Origin: Octopus vulgaris
Taxonomy: Eukaryota
Assembly: GCA_951406725.2 (NCBI GenBank)
Contig: OX597821.1
Location: forward strand, 24,924,001 to 24,988,000
Length of the DNA: 64,000 bases
Direction of reading: 5' to 3'
Shown here: positions 48,645 through 62,775 of the stretch, piece by piece
How positions within the stretch are numbered: the first letter of the stretch is position 1
Layout: each line of letters opens with the position of its first letter
Notes under the pieces: model-generated
The model's input: only the letters and a program-made list of their open reading frames with translations
Database searches by the model: none
Told to the model about the DNA's origin: nothing
Program-made: the position numbers and the translations under genes

Positions 48645-51600
48645 TGTGGTGGTTAGAGTTATTGACACCCCTACAAGATTGGAAGAATGGACTAGCCGAA
48701 CTCTTATAAATAGTAGCATATTGGTTGAGACAAGAGGTCAATAGGAGTCATTGAGAGGGTGTTTGGAGTCTCACAAAGTACATCGTGTGAACACATTGAT
48801 TTTACCTCTGCATTGTTAAATTATATATCCAACATTTTCCAAGGGTATGAAAGTGGCGACAAGATATTTGAAGCTTGCGTCGGGTGTTAAAATTTTTTTG
48901 GTACGAAATCAAATAAAAGATCATTAGCATGGAAGATTTATTGGCTTGTGTGGTGCAGTTGCAACAACAGCAGTTATAACACCACCAACAGTTACAGGAA
49001 GTAATGTTGAAGTAGTCTGAAAATACTTCAGGTCCATTCTTGTCAGATAGCATAGCAAGCTCAGTTGGAGAATTTATTTATAACCCAGAAGGAGGTACTA
49101 CTTTTTCTGCATATTTTTGATGATGCAAAGAAATTTTCAAAGAAAGTTGTAAAAATTGGAATGATGAGAAGGTGCAACTACTTTTAAGAAAGTTATCCCT
49201 TGCTGAACATGAAAATACTGTAATTATATTCTGCCAAAGAAACTAGGTGAGATTTGTTTCAATGAAACAATTAAATTGTAATTGAGAATTTTCAGTGAAA
49301 GAAGTTCCCTGTTCAATACTCATTGGCAGTGTTCAAATTTAGCTAAAAAAGATGAAGATTTCATCACCTATGCTGGGGTTGTTAACAGAGAGTGTGAAAA
49401 TTCAAATTAAATTAATTAACCCTGGACTTGTTCAAATGTCTAACTTTTGTTCAAGGGTTAACTGCAACAAAAGATGCTGATCTACGTTCCCGTACATTAA
49501 CAAAATTAGAACAGAACAAAAAATTAACTCTACAAGCAGTGACTGAAGAACGCCAAAGGATTATAAATTTAAGATATGATGCGAATAAAACTGAAGAAAA
49601 AGATTGCTCTCAGATACATGCATGTCGACCTGAAACAGATAAGAAAAAGGAAAAACGAATATCAAGACCAAATCCATGCTATTGGTGTGGAGGTTTACAT
49701 TTTAGAAGTAATTGTCCTTTTAAAAATCATAAATATTTTGAGTTTGGATAAATCGAACATACAAGCTCACATTGTATAGTGAAACCGAAAAAAAGGGTCA
49801 AACAAAAAAAAATTCTAGAAAGCATGTATTGTCAACAAAAATTGTAAGTGAGGCTCAGAAAAGAAAATTTGCGTCCATAAAAATGAATAACATGACTATC
49901 AAGTTACAATTGGATACAAGCAGTAATATCATGATGAAACTTTGAAAATTACACGAGGTATTTCAGTAAAAAATTGCATTTTAATGGAAAAATGATAAGT
50001 GATGTTACATTTTGTGGAAAAACCTTGAAAGCAACAGTTTTTGTGTTGAAAAATACAACAAATTTATTTGGAACAGACTGGATGGAACTAGCTAATTTAT
50101 GGGACCTTCCTATAAATATTTTTTGTGAAAATGTGAGTGGTTCTTCCACCAGTAGAAATAAGATGTCAAAGGATTTAAAAAATTTTTTCCTGAAGTTTTT
50201 TTCTCATGAATTGGCTCTTTGCACCAAAACAGAGATGGAGTTTCAAGTGAAAGAAAATGCTATACTGGTTTTTAAACCAAAATGAACAGTACCTTTCACA
50301 GCATTGAAACAAGTCAATGACGAATAGGATAGACTTGAAAAGCTTGGCGTTATTGAAAAAAATTGATTACACAAAATGGGCATCCCCTGCAGTTTATGTT
50401 AAGAAAAAGAGTAATAAAATCCGAGTTTGCGCTGATTCTTCAACGGAATTAAATGAATGTTTGATGCCATATAATTACCCGTTACCAAGTCCGGAGGAGA
50501 TTTTTGAAAAGTTGAATGAAGGAAAATTTTTTTTCCAAGTCAGACCTATCTGTAGCATATTTGCAGGCAAAACTCGATGAGGAATGTTCAAAATTATTGA
50601 CAATAAATACCCATAAAGGGTTGTATAAATTTAATCACTCCCTTTTGGTATGCAGTTAGCACCTGGCATTTTCCAACAAATTATGGACATTATGCTCACA
50701 GGTTTGGATTTCGTTGTCGCTTACGTTGATGACATACTCTTAAAAAGTGAATCTCAGGGTCAGCATGCTGAGCATGTTAAAAAGGTCTTCGAAAGAATAA
50801 AAGATTATGGGTTTAAGCTCATCGAGGAAAAGTGTGAATTTTTTTATGCCAAGAATAAAATATCTAGGGCAGATTATTTATGAAAATGGATGCAGACCAG
50901 ACCATCTAGGGCAAGTGCAATAAAAAAATATGCCCACCCCCACCCCCCACCCCCAACAAACATTACATTACAAGCATTTTGGGGGGATCACAAATTATTA
51001 CTAGGTATACATATTGAATATGCACGATTTAAGAGCACCCCTGAATGACTTGTTAAAAAAAGATGTTAAGTAGAACTTCTCAGACAAATGCCAAAATGGT
51101 TTTGAAGAAATTAAAAACATCTCTACGTTGGAATTGTCATTATCACATTTTGACCCGAATTTAGAAATAATAGTGGCAGCAAATGCTAGTGAAAATGGTA
51201 TTGGAGCTGTGATTTTACACAACTAAGAAGATGGTAGCCTGAAAGCAGTAGGTCGTGCTTTGCATTCATTATTGCTGGCTGAGAAAAGTTACAGTCAGAT
51301 AGAAAAAGAGGCATTAGCCATCATATTTGTGGTAAAAAAATTCCATAAATTTATACATGGAAGAAAGTTCTGTCTACAGACAGACCACCACCCATTATCG
51401 TCAATCTATGTATCAAAAAAGGGTATCCCCGCATATACAGCCAATAAATTGCAGCGCTGGGGAACGATCCTACTGAATTACGACTTCACAATGGAGTATT
51501 TGCCATCATAAAAATTGGGACATGCAGATGGTTTGTCAAGGTTAATACCAAAATACAGTGAATCACTAGAAGACACAGTGATAGTGGTGTTAAAAGCTGA

Positions 51601-53110
51601 AAATGAAATAAAAAATATATTGTGCAATGTTGTGCATGAATTGCCTGTGACAATGGGGGAAATAAAAATTGAGAGACAGACAAGTTTATCATAAAAATGA
51701 AAGAAATAGTGAGATCAGAAGAAACAAATAAAAACATACGTGTGGTTGGACATAACACTGTTTTGAATTTGCATTTGATATGTGATAATGTGCTTATGTA
51801 TGCCTACCTCACTACAAGGTCGAATGTTAAAGGAATTCCACACTAGACATCCAGGAATTTCTAGGATAAAGTCACTTATGAGGAGTTATGTTTACTGGCC
51901 ATAAATGAATCTAGATATTGAGAAGTTGATAAAATCTTGCAGAGGTTGTGCTCCTGCAGCGAAATCACCACCTATAAAATTTCAATAGACTTTGCAGGAC
52001 CAGTACACTGATCATAATATCTAATGGTTATAGATAGCTTTACAAAAAGGCCAGAAATGTGTAAATGCAGAAAACTGACATCCACAGTAACAATGAAATT
52101 TCTACACAAACTTTTTGCTATGGTGTTCTGGATACCATAGTCTTCGATAATGGTACACAATTCACGGCGAATGAATTTAAGAATTTTTGCAAGATGTACT
52201 CATTTGAACATATCACTAATCCTTCTCTGTATCCCCCAAGATCAAGCAGGCTAGTAGAAACGTTTGTGGATACATTTAAAAGAACATTAAAGAAATCAAG
52301 AAGCGAGCTAGTCGATGATGCAGCATTGACACAATTCTTGAGGGTTTATAGGATAACACCAAACCCAAACACTTTTCCAGGCAAGTTGCCTGCAGAACTA
52401 ATGTTTGCTCAAAAAATAAAGTCAGTTTTTGACAAGTTGTTACCAGTATGTAAAACAAATAGAGGAAAACACCAAAAATACGACAAAGTATTTTAATATC
52501 AGTGACAAGGTTTTTTTTCAAAGTATATAAAAATGGAAGACAAGGTTGGGAAGATTGAGTAGTAACAAAAAGAATAGGCAAAATGATATGTATGATAAGT
52601 GGCAGAAAATGGGAACACAAAAGACATTTAAACCTGCTAAAAAATAGTTATACAAAAAAAAGAAAAGAGATGCCCATGGAAGTATTCTGTAACACCTTTG
52701 ATGTTCCAACACTACAAGAAATCGAACTTAGGTGTAACAGCAACAAGAAAGAGGAAGCAAACAGAACAGTTCGAAGTAGTGCCTAAACAGAAGAAATATT
52801 AAACTTCCCTAGGAGGAAAATCTCAAAAAGGGAGATGTGATAGAAGAAAAATAAATAAAAATGATATTAACTTCCAACGGAAGTCAGTCTCAAAGGGAAG
52901 ATGTTGTGGAGTGAGTCATTGACACCTCTGGATGATTAAAAGAATGGACTAGCCAAATTCTTATAAAGAGTAGCATATTGGTTGAGACAAAGAGATCGAT
53001 AGGAGTCATTGAAAGGATATTTAGAGTCTCATGAAGTACATCATGTGAACACATTGATTTTACCTCCACATCGTTAAATTATGTATCCAATGTTTTCCAA
53101 GGATATAAAA
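48645..53110 (+). mobile_element. Degenerate Ty3/Gypsy LTR retrotransposon (Mag-like), both LTRs present
   Basis: LTRs 48645-48852 and 52902-53110; PBS tggcgac at 48854; PPT aaagggaaga; near-TSD gttaa/gttga; gag knuckle CYWCGGLHFRSNC, protease LDT, RT WASPAV and YVDD, RNaseH YSQIEKEALA and TDHHPL, integrase DNGTQF; many stops. Confidence 0.92.
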
Positions 53111-53199
53111 GTTGATAGAGTCATAAAAGCTGAGAGACAGGACTGTAAAGAATAGAAGCAGTATTGGGTAGCTAGAAGAAAAGTTAGAAGCATATTTTT

Positions 53200-54900
53200 T
53201 ATGAGGTATGCATAAAGTAAGACGTTTGCCAATGTTTGAGACGTGAGGTGTCTTGAATTTCTAAACTGTGTTGTTATAAATCAGGATGTCATTGGTGAAT
53301 GTGTATAATGATACTTCTCAGATACCAGGAAGAAGGAAGTACAAAGATGCTACTGGGATGGAGGTAAATTATGAGAATGTGTAGGAGAGAGAATTATATT
53401 ACTTCAAGTAGTTAAAGTCTCTCTCTGTGTTGGGCCCACATGGAGCAGGCTCTACAGGAAAATTAGCTATTGAATTTGATAGGTTTATGGTTGAAATGGC
53501 CATTAAGGTTATGAGAACAGGTAAGACATCAAGACTAGATGCTGACATGCTGAAAACATCTGGTGAAGTAGTCACTTGCATAGTAAATCAGGTCATACAG
53601 GAAGACATTTCTAATGACTGGCTTAGCAGTATCATCATGAACTACAACAAGAGCAAATGTGATACTCAGCTGCGAGAAGCTATTAAGAAGCATCAAACTA
53701 AGAGACCAAATTATGAAGGTACCGGAAAAGTCATAACATAACTAATTTAGAAGAAAACTAGCTTAGATAAGATGCAGTTTGGGTATGTGACAGGGCAGTG
53801 TATCACCAATTCTTTCTTCTAAATGTGACAACTACAGAAGTGCTTAACATAGAACAAGCCATTGGATTCTTAGGATTTGTTGACCTGGAGAAGATCTTTG
53901 ACTGGGTGCTATGTTCTGTAATCTGGTGATTGCTTGGATGACTGGGTGCTATGTTCTGTAATCTTGGTGATTGCTTGTAAATGAATAGCTTCTGAGAGCT
54001 CTGTATGCTGGTGATCTAGTTCTGATAGCTAAATCTGTCAAAGAATCTGAGAAAATATTAAATATTAAAACAAAGCCCTGGAGAAAGAGGCTTTAAAATA
54101 AACTTAGCAAAAAGCAAGACTCTACTGCCAACTGGAAGTGGCCATGTACAGAAAAGGAATTGATTCAGAATTGCATATGATGTATTCAATGTAAATTATG
54201 GGAGTACAGAGAAGAAACACTTCATATGTAGCAGATGTGTGAGAGTAATTAACAGTGCAATTAGTTTCCAAATAAATTAGTTCAAAAGCTCTAAAAGTTC
54301 CCTGGAAGTAGCTAATAGCTTAAGTTACTTTGATTAATTCAATTAGCAGTAGAAGGGATGTTTCATAAGCAAACTAGCCAGAATAAGAACAGTGGGCAAA
54401 GTTTAAGGTATTATCAATTTTGCTGGTAACAAAGGGATTCTGTCTCTGAGTGATGAGCATTTTGTTTGATTTTTGTGAGCAACATTGCTTGAAGCAAAAT
54501 ATGGGCATTGAATGTGGAGAATTTGTAACATTTGGAAAGAAATGTGGCAAACATGTCCTGCTGGGTGTGTAATTTTATGTGCATGAACAATGGTGCACAT
54601 ATGAACTAGGAGGAAAATTGAGTATAAAAGGAACCAGATGTAGTATGCAAGAGAGAAGTCTGAGCTAGAATGGATAGATGATGTGTATGGAGAATGATAG
54701 CTGCATAAAGAAGTGTTAAATGATCCAAGTAGAAGATCTCATTGAAGAAGAAAACCAAGAAGTGTTGAAAGTTGATCACAAGAGATTAAACCTCACAAAA
54801 GAGATCAGGACTGCAACAAGTGGCAAAACACTGTGCTAGAAAAGGCCCATCTGACCCATGCAGACTTGGAAAGACAGCCATAAAATAATATTGATGATGA
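53200..54900 (+). mobile_element. Old, heavily decayed RTE copy related to 40248-43915
   Basis: AIKVMRTGK..ADMLKTSG..IVNQVIQE..NDWLSSII; LDKMQFG; FVDLEK; tail gatgatgatgg. Confidence 0.75.
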
Positions 54901-55900
54901 TGGTGTGTGTATAAATATTTACACTGCTGAAAAGAACTCTGGTGTGTAAATGCAGACATTGCAAAATATTACTATCCTGTGTATTGAAGCACTCCACAAC
55001 TAAATAGTTTGTTTGTAATAAACCACTTAAGAAGTGAGAGCTATGCTAAAAATGGAAAATTCATGTTAGCTTTAAGTTGTCACATACACACTTGATGTAG
55101 TAGACTGTAACATAAACTACAAGTCAGTATGATTACTTATCTGAGTAGCAGGAGACTGCCAGGTGAATAAAGTGACATTTTGAAGTGCTTCAAAGAACCA
55201 GATTTTCAGGTCTGTTTTCTTGAAGAAAACAGACCTGAAAATCGCATTGAGTTGAGTGAAAACAAATTATAAGGCACAGACATACATCACTAGATATAAT
55301 TAACTTATAATCTTTATCTGTGTAGATTTAATAATAAATTGGCACATTTAATGAAGTCAGAGTGTGGATGCTGACTCAAATAAATTTACTCTCATTCAAA
55401 TGTTCTGTTTCTTTATCAACAGTCAGTTTTGAGAATACCTATGTATTCAATTCTAAATTAATCCAAAATAATAATTTCTAACATTGGACAGCCAGAACTT
55501 TTTTCCACTGGAATAGTACAGTATAAGTGATTCTATCAATCTAGTACTTACCTAGTATATGAATCCAGTACTTGAATATTACTTATTTTATCTATCTCAG
55601 AAGAGTGGAATGCAAAGTTTACTTAAGCACAATTTGAAATCAAAACCAAGAGGTGTAAGTAAATACTATGAAGCCTTTTGTCTTTTGCTCCACCACTTCT
55701 GTCACTCTCATTTAATTTAAGAGTAAAAAAAAATTGGATTTTAGGAGAAAAAAAACTGCATGCTAGGATACTTGTGTCTTGAGTAAAATACAAAAACAAA
55801 AGAAATGTAGTTTGTTGGTGTGCTGTATGGAATAGAATATGCTTGCTTTATTTATTTTAATTCTTTACTATCAATGTAATAAAAAAAAATGTCTTTAAAA

Positions 55901-56185
55901 TATTATTGTTATATTTCAGAATGATTGGCTTTTTTCTTGGTCAAATAAACACACGCATTATATATTTGCTCTTCACTTGCTTATTGCTGTTCTTATTTTA
56001 TCTTATGCCCATTGTTCAGAAATCTTTCGTTACACATCTATGTCCTCTACAGCGAAAGATTTCTGGACAATAAACATAAGATAAAATAAAAACAGTAATA
56101 AACAAGTGGAGAATGAATGTATAGTGCATGTATTTATTTGACAAAAAACAAAAAAAAATGACCGTCCCAAAATATAACAATATCT
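55901..56185. mobile_element. Foldback inverted-repeat element (~130-bp arms, ~20-bp loop)
   Basis: tattgttatattt..gtcaaataaa..cttattttatcttatg..cagaaatctttcg pairs with cgaaagatttctg..cataagataaaata..tttatttgac..aaatataacaata. Confidence 0.75.
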
Positions 56186-57080
56186 ATTTCAACACAGGAA
56201 TCTTTAAACATTCTTTAATCTGTATTTAAAACAACTTTGACAGACTTTGGATGTAATACAAATTTGACTTTTTCTTTTTTTTTTTTTTTTTGTAACTTGG
56301 ATGTGTATTTTTAATTAGACTGTTTGTGTAGATACTGAAACAGAATTTTTAAAATAGGTCCCAGTAAGATAAGCCTGCAACTTCTTCCTTGGTGTATTTA
56401 GTACTGCATCACGAAATTTCTAGAATTAGTTACTTGTTCTGTTGATGTTTTTGTATCTACACATCATAGAGAAGAGCTAAAACAATACAATGAGACACAG
56501 GATGTGCAAGGGGGGTTCAGAACAATCTTAGACTTAATTTTTGATTGGATAGAGGGGAGAGCCAGTATATAAGACCACTGCTGGCTCTCCCAGATTACTG
56601 AGACTGATATGGTTAATATTCCTTTTGAACATTTATAGGTCAGTATCTACAGAAAATGCAAGAAAAATGTGGGCCAGGAGAGAGTTCCCAATGATTATTG
56701 TTCTGTGAAGGAATAATTGCTTAAATATTATATAGTATGTAATCTATGCAGAGAGGTGGGTGAGCTTGATTGAAAATGACTATTTAACAGATGTTATGTA
56801 GTTCAAAGGAACAGAGACCATTCTGATGGCCATGGCAATGATGATGATGATAAAATAAGCAGGAAATCTAAAGTGCATCTGTGAGCTAATGGTTGGAGTG
56901 TGTTAGGGGAATTGGTTCAAAAGTGATAAGAAAACAGTAGTGTCACAGTTTTATAGTTGCAAGGTTCTAATAAAAGTAATATGTTTTAAACCTCCCTATT
57001 TAAAAAAAAAATTTTTTTGTCACTCTCATGTCTCATCAGCTAAAAAAGGCAAATGCATTTCATTCCTTCTGTATTTGCAG

Positions 57081-57115
57081 ATAAATAAGAGAGATAATCA
57101 AGAGCAGAAAGAGAG
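57081..57115 (+). CDS. SYCP2: SYCP2-like micro-exon R (INKRDNQEQKE), phase 0 to 2
   Basis: atttgcag|ATAAAT...GAGAG|gtagag. Confidence 0.6.
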
Positions 57116-57259
57116 GTAGAGTAATTTTTACTTTATTTTATCTTTTTACTTATCTATTGCAATATCTTTCCCATTCATTCACCTGCCTTGCTCACAGCAT
57201 TATTATTAGCTAATGGAAGAGCAGTTATATATGTATATATATATAAAAAACAAAGAGAT

Positions 57260-58274
57260 GACACCAGAAAAGTGACAAAGAAGCATGTTCAGCATATTTT
57301 ACTTTATGAGTTCAACAAAGGCAATAACGCAACAGAAAGTGCAAAGATTATTAATGCAGTATATGGGGATTGGACAATAAGCAGAAGCAAGTGTCAGTGG
57401 TGGTTCCAGAAATTCTGAGCCAGAAACTACAGCCTAGAAGACGAGCCTCATCCTGGGAGATCTGTAGAACTCGAAGAAGATGCCCTGAGAGCCCTGGTGG
57501 AACAAAATCTCTTTGTAACTGTTGAGGAACAAGCAGAGAAGCTTGGATTTAGTCATTCAACCATTCATCGACACCTACATGCCATCAGAAAAGTCAACAA
57601 ATTGGGTCACTGATTTCCTCACAAACTTTCCAAGTCTAATCACGTGCAGAGTGTGAATGTGTGCTCTTCTGTGCCCTCACATCTCACGAATGAACCTGTT
57701 TTGGACTGAATAGTGACTGGTGACAAGAAATAGGTTTTCTATAAAAATGTCCAAGCACTAAAGACAGTAGGTAGGGTAAGTTATCTGTTTGGTGGAATAT
57801 AAAAGGTTTAGTCCACTTTGAACTCTTAAACCTAAGCCAAACAGTAACAAAGATGATCTGCTGCAAGCAGCTTGAGTGGCTTAAGTCAGCACTAGAAGGA
57901 AAACAACCATCTTTGGTTTCAACCCAAAGGTGTTCTTCCATCAGGATAATGCTTGGCCACATACAGTGAGGATGACATTCCAAAGGCTGGAGCTGTTTGA
58001 ATGGGAAATGATGCCCCACCCACCATATTCGCCAGACATTTCCCCATCTGATTATCATTTATTCCACAGTCTTCAAAATCATTTGGATGGAAAAAATATG
58101 AATTCTGTAAATGAGCTCAGAACAGTACTGGAGGAGTACTTTTCATCACGGACAAGTGAATTTTGGGGGAAGAGCCTTGCAAGTCTACCAGATAGATGGA
58201 AGAGCATTATAGAAAATGAAGAAGAGAAAAATAAAAGGAGTGTAAAAAATTGCATTATTCATGAGATGACCCAA
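57260..58274 (+). mobile_element. Mariner relic, same family as 23502-24773, left end missing
   Basis: KKHVQHILLYEFNKG, HQDNAWPH, HPPYSPDISPSDYHLF; right TIR gatgacccaa-ta. Confidence 0.9.
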
Positions 58275-58819
58275 TACTTTAGCTACAAGTTGATGACCCT
58301 ATAAAAGGCATAACTGTGACCTGCTTACAAAACTGAGATGCACATTTGACTAATAAGGAAACCTCTGTGTTGTTATATGACCTGCTAAAAATAACAGCTT
58401 TCAAATCATACCTTAACTTCCTTTTTAAAAAATGGTAGTCCATTAAATAATGCATAGGGATAATAAATTAGAATAAATTAACTTAATTTGGCATGAAAAT
58501 TTTAAAAGCAGATCCCTTCTAAGATTAGTTTTAATGGGGGAAGAATAAATTAGGATAGTCAAACTTTGTTTACCCTATTGTGAAGCCTAAATTTTTGAGT
58601 GTTAGTAAATACACTTGCAAGTTTTATACCATATATCTACTTATTATTGTGTCACTGATATCGAAGTCTATACTGAACTTGCAAATTCTTTACTTCAACT
58701 GCAACAAAACTTATAACTGTTCACCAATGATTCTGGTGAAACAGTATTTTCAACTTTGGAAACTTGTTTGGAACCAAATGTACACTGCTCTATTTACCTG
58801 GAGGCACAGTCCTCATGGC

Positions 58820-59320
58820 CTCATCATTCATCATTGTTCGACCATAGTCGAGACAATGGAATTTACCATGCTACGCCAGACTTCACGCTCCATCATGGCA
58901 TTACGGAGGTCCTGTTGCTGGATGCCTGTATCCCTGGAGATTACATCAGGGTAGGAGAGTGTGCGCCCTCTGGTATTGCGAGTAGATGGCTTCCAGAGGA
59001 GAAGAGTAGAAATTACCTCTTTTTCAGCTCTACAACAATGTCCAGCAAACTGGACTCTCTTACCTTTCACAAGAGATGACACAGGTGGTAGTTTCCCATA
59101 TATTTGCATTTTGGTTGGATGGCACTTCCACGAGAGATTTTGAGCTCTCATAAGGAGGCAAGTGTAGGTTCCATCCAACTGCCTCTCAAGCTTCTTTGAT
59201 AACGTCCAGGTTTCTGAGCCATATAGTAGAATTGGTTCGACTGTGGCTTTGAAGATTTCAAGTTTGAAGTCTCTACTTAGATTTGATGACCAGATCCTAT
59301 GCATGTCATTACAGGCCTAG
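58820..59320 (-). mobile_element. 3' fragment of a different RTE-group LINE
   Basis: ORF 58831..59304: IW.S.LS...KL.IFKATVEPILLYGSETWTL..FAGHC.R; short tgatga tail. Confidence 0.8.
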
Positions 59321-60254
59321 TTCTCTTTGAAAAATTTCAAATCTCAAGTTAATTCAAGTTGAAGCTATTCTACCACTTCATCAAGAATTGCAACATTAAA
59401 CTTCCAGTGAGGCAACTACAACAATAGCAAGTATCCACCAGCCTGCAATAGACTGACAGAGGCTGTATCACAGAGGAGTTAGTGTAGGGGGCTATACTGA
59501 AACTACTTTGACAGTTTATACCACCTCAGCCAGACACTTCACCTTATGTGAGCACATACATTGACTGAATGAAATGGTTATTACTAGAAAGTTCAGTAAC
59601 CCCTACTGAAGGAATTGCTATCAGGAATGTTAAATGTTGTGGAAATTCATATAAAATTGGGATTGTTAAAATAGTTTGTAAAGGTAGTAGATTTGGGAGG
59701 AGAATTTTTTCAAAACATTCACCTTATTTTTTACCAAAGTTCTCTGATGCCACATTTAAGGATGGTGCACTTGTTAAAGTTTGAGTAAATGGGATATTGA
59801 AGTTAAGAATAAATTGAAAAAAAGATCAGCAGTCTAAAGGAAAGCATGGTGTGCATTTTGCAGTGTAATTCATGGTTTCCTAGAAACATGCAAAGATTCT
59901 CATTACAGGAGGCTAGTGGCAAAGCTTATTGAAAGGCATAAGAATACGGGCTGCTGCAGCATGTCTTTAAAAGAGCTTTTCATGCATTCTTATTTTAATT
60001 TTTTTTGTCATGGAAACTTAGGTAACTAACATCATTGAGAGTTTAGGAAAATATTTTACCATGACATTGCAACAAAGGAAAGAAGGTGCCAGTGAGACAA
60101 TATATAGCCTCTGGTTAGAATAGATGAAGATATTCAAAAACACTTTTCTTTCATATTTTCTATTTAAGCCAAATTACATTATTTGGTCTAATATTAAATC
60201 CATCCTATTTATATATCTTAATCTGTAATTAAACCTTAAATTTCTTAATTTCAG

Positions 60255-60282
60255 CACCATCAACGCAAATAAAATACAAAAG
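60255..60282 (+). CDS. SYCP2: SYCP2-like micro-exon S (TINANKIQK), phase 2 to 0
   Basis: aatttcag|CACCAT...CAAAAG|gtaatt. Confidence 0.65.
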
Positions 60283-60726
60283 GTAATTATTAACTGCTGT
60301 TTTCTTTCTTTTGTCTTAGTAAAAAATTAAAAGTAAATGGCTGTTCTTGGTCTCAATCTATTAGTATCAAGTTGTTGATCTTAAGGTATTAACTGCAGTA
60401 TCTGAAGATACTAAGTCATTGATTTGTCATGTATGTTGAAACATATTATTTGAAGTCTTATATTGTTAATTCTGTGTAGAATAGCAACTACAGCATTCAT
60501 TCATCATCAGTCATCAGCTAACCTCATATTCCCCAGTTTTTCACCCTGTCTATTCTTTGATGTTACTTGAACACCGTCTTTGGGGTTTTTCCATTCCTCT
60601 TCTATGCATGACCATATTTTCTTGTGATAGGGGATCATAGTATCATGCTGCATAACCAAGCCATTTCATTTTCTTCTGTTTAAAACGATAAAAAAGTTTC
60701 TGCCTTTGCAGTAATTTCTTCTTTAA

Positions 60727-61045
60727 CACATAAAGCGCAATGGGCCACGATCATGGCTGTCAGACACAGGTCGACAGGTCACAATCATGGCCCAGATAGA
60801 TGCATTTAATTTATGGGTGTTTGTTAGAGTCTAATGTCACTCAAACGCTCCGATACCCCACAGAATGCAAGAGGGCTCATAGTTCAACTAATGACTTTTC
60901 AGATGATGTAAAACTCACCACCATTATATACTAAGAAAGTATTTTAACTATTTTTTGTTTTTTTATGTGTGCATGATAATCTCATTTTCATAAAATGTGC
61001 TCAGCAGTTCATGCTATGTAAGTGTAAATCCCAGCGCTTTATGGG
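60727..61045. mobile_element. piggyBac-type MITE (319 bp), TTAA TSD
   Basis: ttaa|cacataaagcgc...gcgctttatggg|ttaa. Confidence 0.75.
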
Positions 61046-61721
61046 TTAATACTCATTAGTTCATTGTTCTATATATGGAATGCAAATCTCTCAGCATTCT
61101 GATTTTACTGTAACAAAGCCCAGTTATAGTTTAAGGTACACCTAGAGGAGAATTAGTAAATATTATTACCAGGAAAGGTACACAAAAAAATCTTCACTGT
61201 CTTTGGTAGTGCTTCACCATTTATAATAAATAAACTTTGCAAAATATGTAATCAACTTTTATGCCAGCAATTTTATACATCCACCATGGACTCTTCCTTG
61301 GTATTTTCTCATCTTCTATAGCTGACTACTTTTCTATTTCAAAAAATGCTTATAAAGGAGGGAATGAGGGTTTTATAGGTCACAGTGATGTTATCATCAG
61401 GGAGAGTAGTTACTCTGAATAAACACAGAGTAGTGGAGATACTTTGGTTTTAACAGGATAAAATGTATCCACTTCATAATGTAAAGGGATTGGCAATAGG
61501 AAAAGCATTCATCTATAAAACATTTGCCAAGACACAAACCCTCAGCAAGTAGTAAGGTATTGCCATCCTATCCATGCTATCATAGGAAAACAGACATTAA
61601 TGGTGACTACTATGTCGACTTTATATTTTTGATTTTATCTACAGTTAGTATATTTATTAGTATATTTACCAGTCATCCTTGGGAGCTGTTTTGTTTATTA
61701 TTTAATTTCATTTTATATAAG

Positions 61722-62130
61722 ACACAGGCATGGCTGATGGTTAAGAAGCTTGCTTCCTAACAATATGGTTTCAGATTCAATTGCACTGTGTGATACCTTG
61801 GGCAAATGAGTGGATTTGGTAATGGAAATTGAAAGAAGCTTGCTGTATATGTATATCTGTTAGTGTCTCTTTGTCTTGACATCATCAGATAGTTATAAAC
61901 AAATGTCACCATCATGAGGACACCACGAAGTAGTGTCCTTGTTTCCAGTCTTCTGTGAAAACATGTCTGGATATAGGGAAATATTACCTTACTAGGAAAC
62001 AGGTGTCAGTTAACAAGAGGCAACACATTCAAGCCATAGCAAATCTACCTCAACAAATTCCATCCAACCCACGTGAGCATAGAAAAGTGGTTGTTAAAAA
62101 GACAATAGTGACAATGAGGATAATGATGAT
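61722..62130 (+). mobile_element. Old tRNA-head SINE with RTE-like 3' tail
   Basis: caggcatggctgatggttaagaagcttgcttcc..ccttgggcaa..gagtggatttgg; tail atccaacccacgtgagcat..gataatgatgat. Confidence 0.65.
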
Positions 62131-62775
62131 TAGGCTATGATTGAACTGACTATTCTTTATTGTTAAGTAACAGGGTTTCATTCCAGTAATCAATCCACTT
62201 CTCTGAAAATTATGTACATATATATATATGTTTTATGTTGTTTATATATATACAATTCATCATATTTCTAAAGAATCTGAATATTGGTTTTAAATTTTGG
62301 TACAATGCTGCTAAGCATTTTGCCTGGCAAGCTAATGATTCTACTGGCTTGCTACCTTAAAGAATCTGAAGAAGTTCTTAGCCTATGGTTAATAATTATA
62401 GATTTACTGTCATCTGAAAATAATAGTTTAGAATTAATAATTATACTTTAGTAAGATCTATATTTTAAATTGATGTTTTGGGTTTTTTTTCTTTTTTTGC
62501 TGGGTGGGTTATGTTAAAACTTTAGTCAACCTAAATTACTCAACCACAGAACTGAACTATTTCACTATCTTCACAAAATTTTATAGTTACTTTTGTAGAT
62601 CTTATACTTATCATCAGCTAATTATATTTCATTTGATTAATCACGTAAATTATAAACTATGAACTAAGCAGCAGTCACAATATTCTTGAAATTAATTATA
62701 TTTCAATGAATGTTTTCCATTGCTGTTTGTAAATTTTCCCTTTATAAAATCTAGTTTGATTTTCTTCCATTTCAG

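Noticed and set aside
53900-53977. ~40-bp tandem duplication in the decayed RTE
   Set aside because: Simple local slippage in a dead element; no sign of function.
57930-58304. SETMAR-like domesticated transposase
   Set aside because: Upstream part has stops and deletions, a TIR is retained and a sister copy exists at 23502; it is an ordinary mariner relic.
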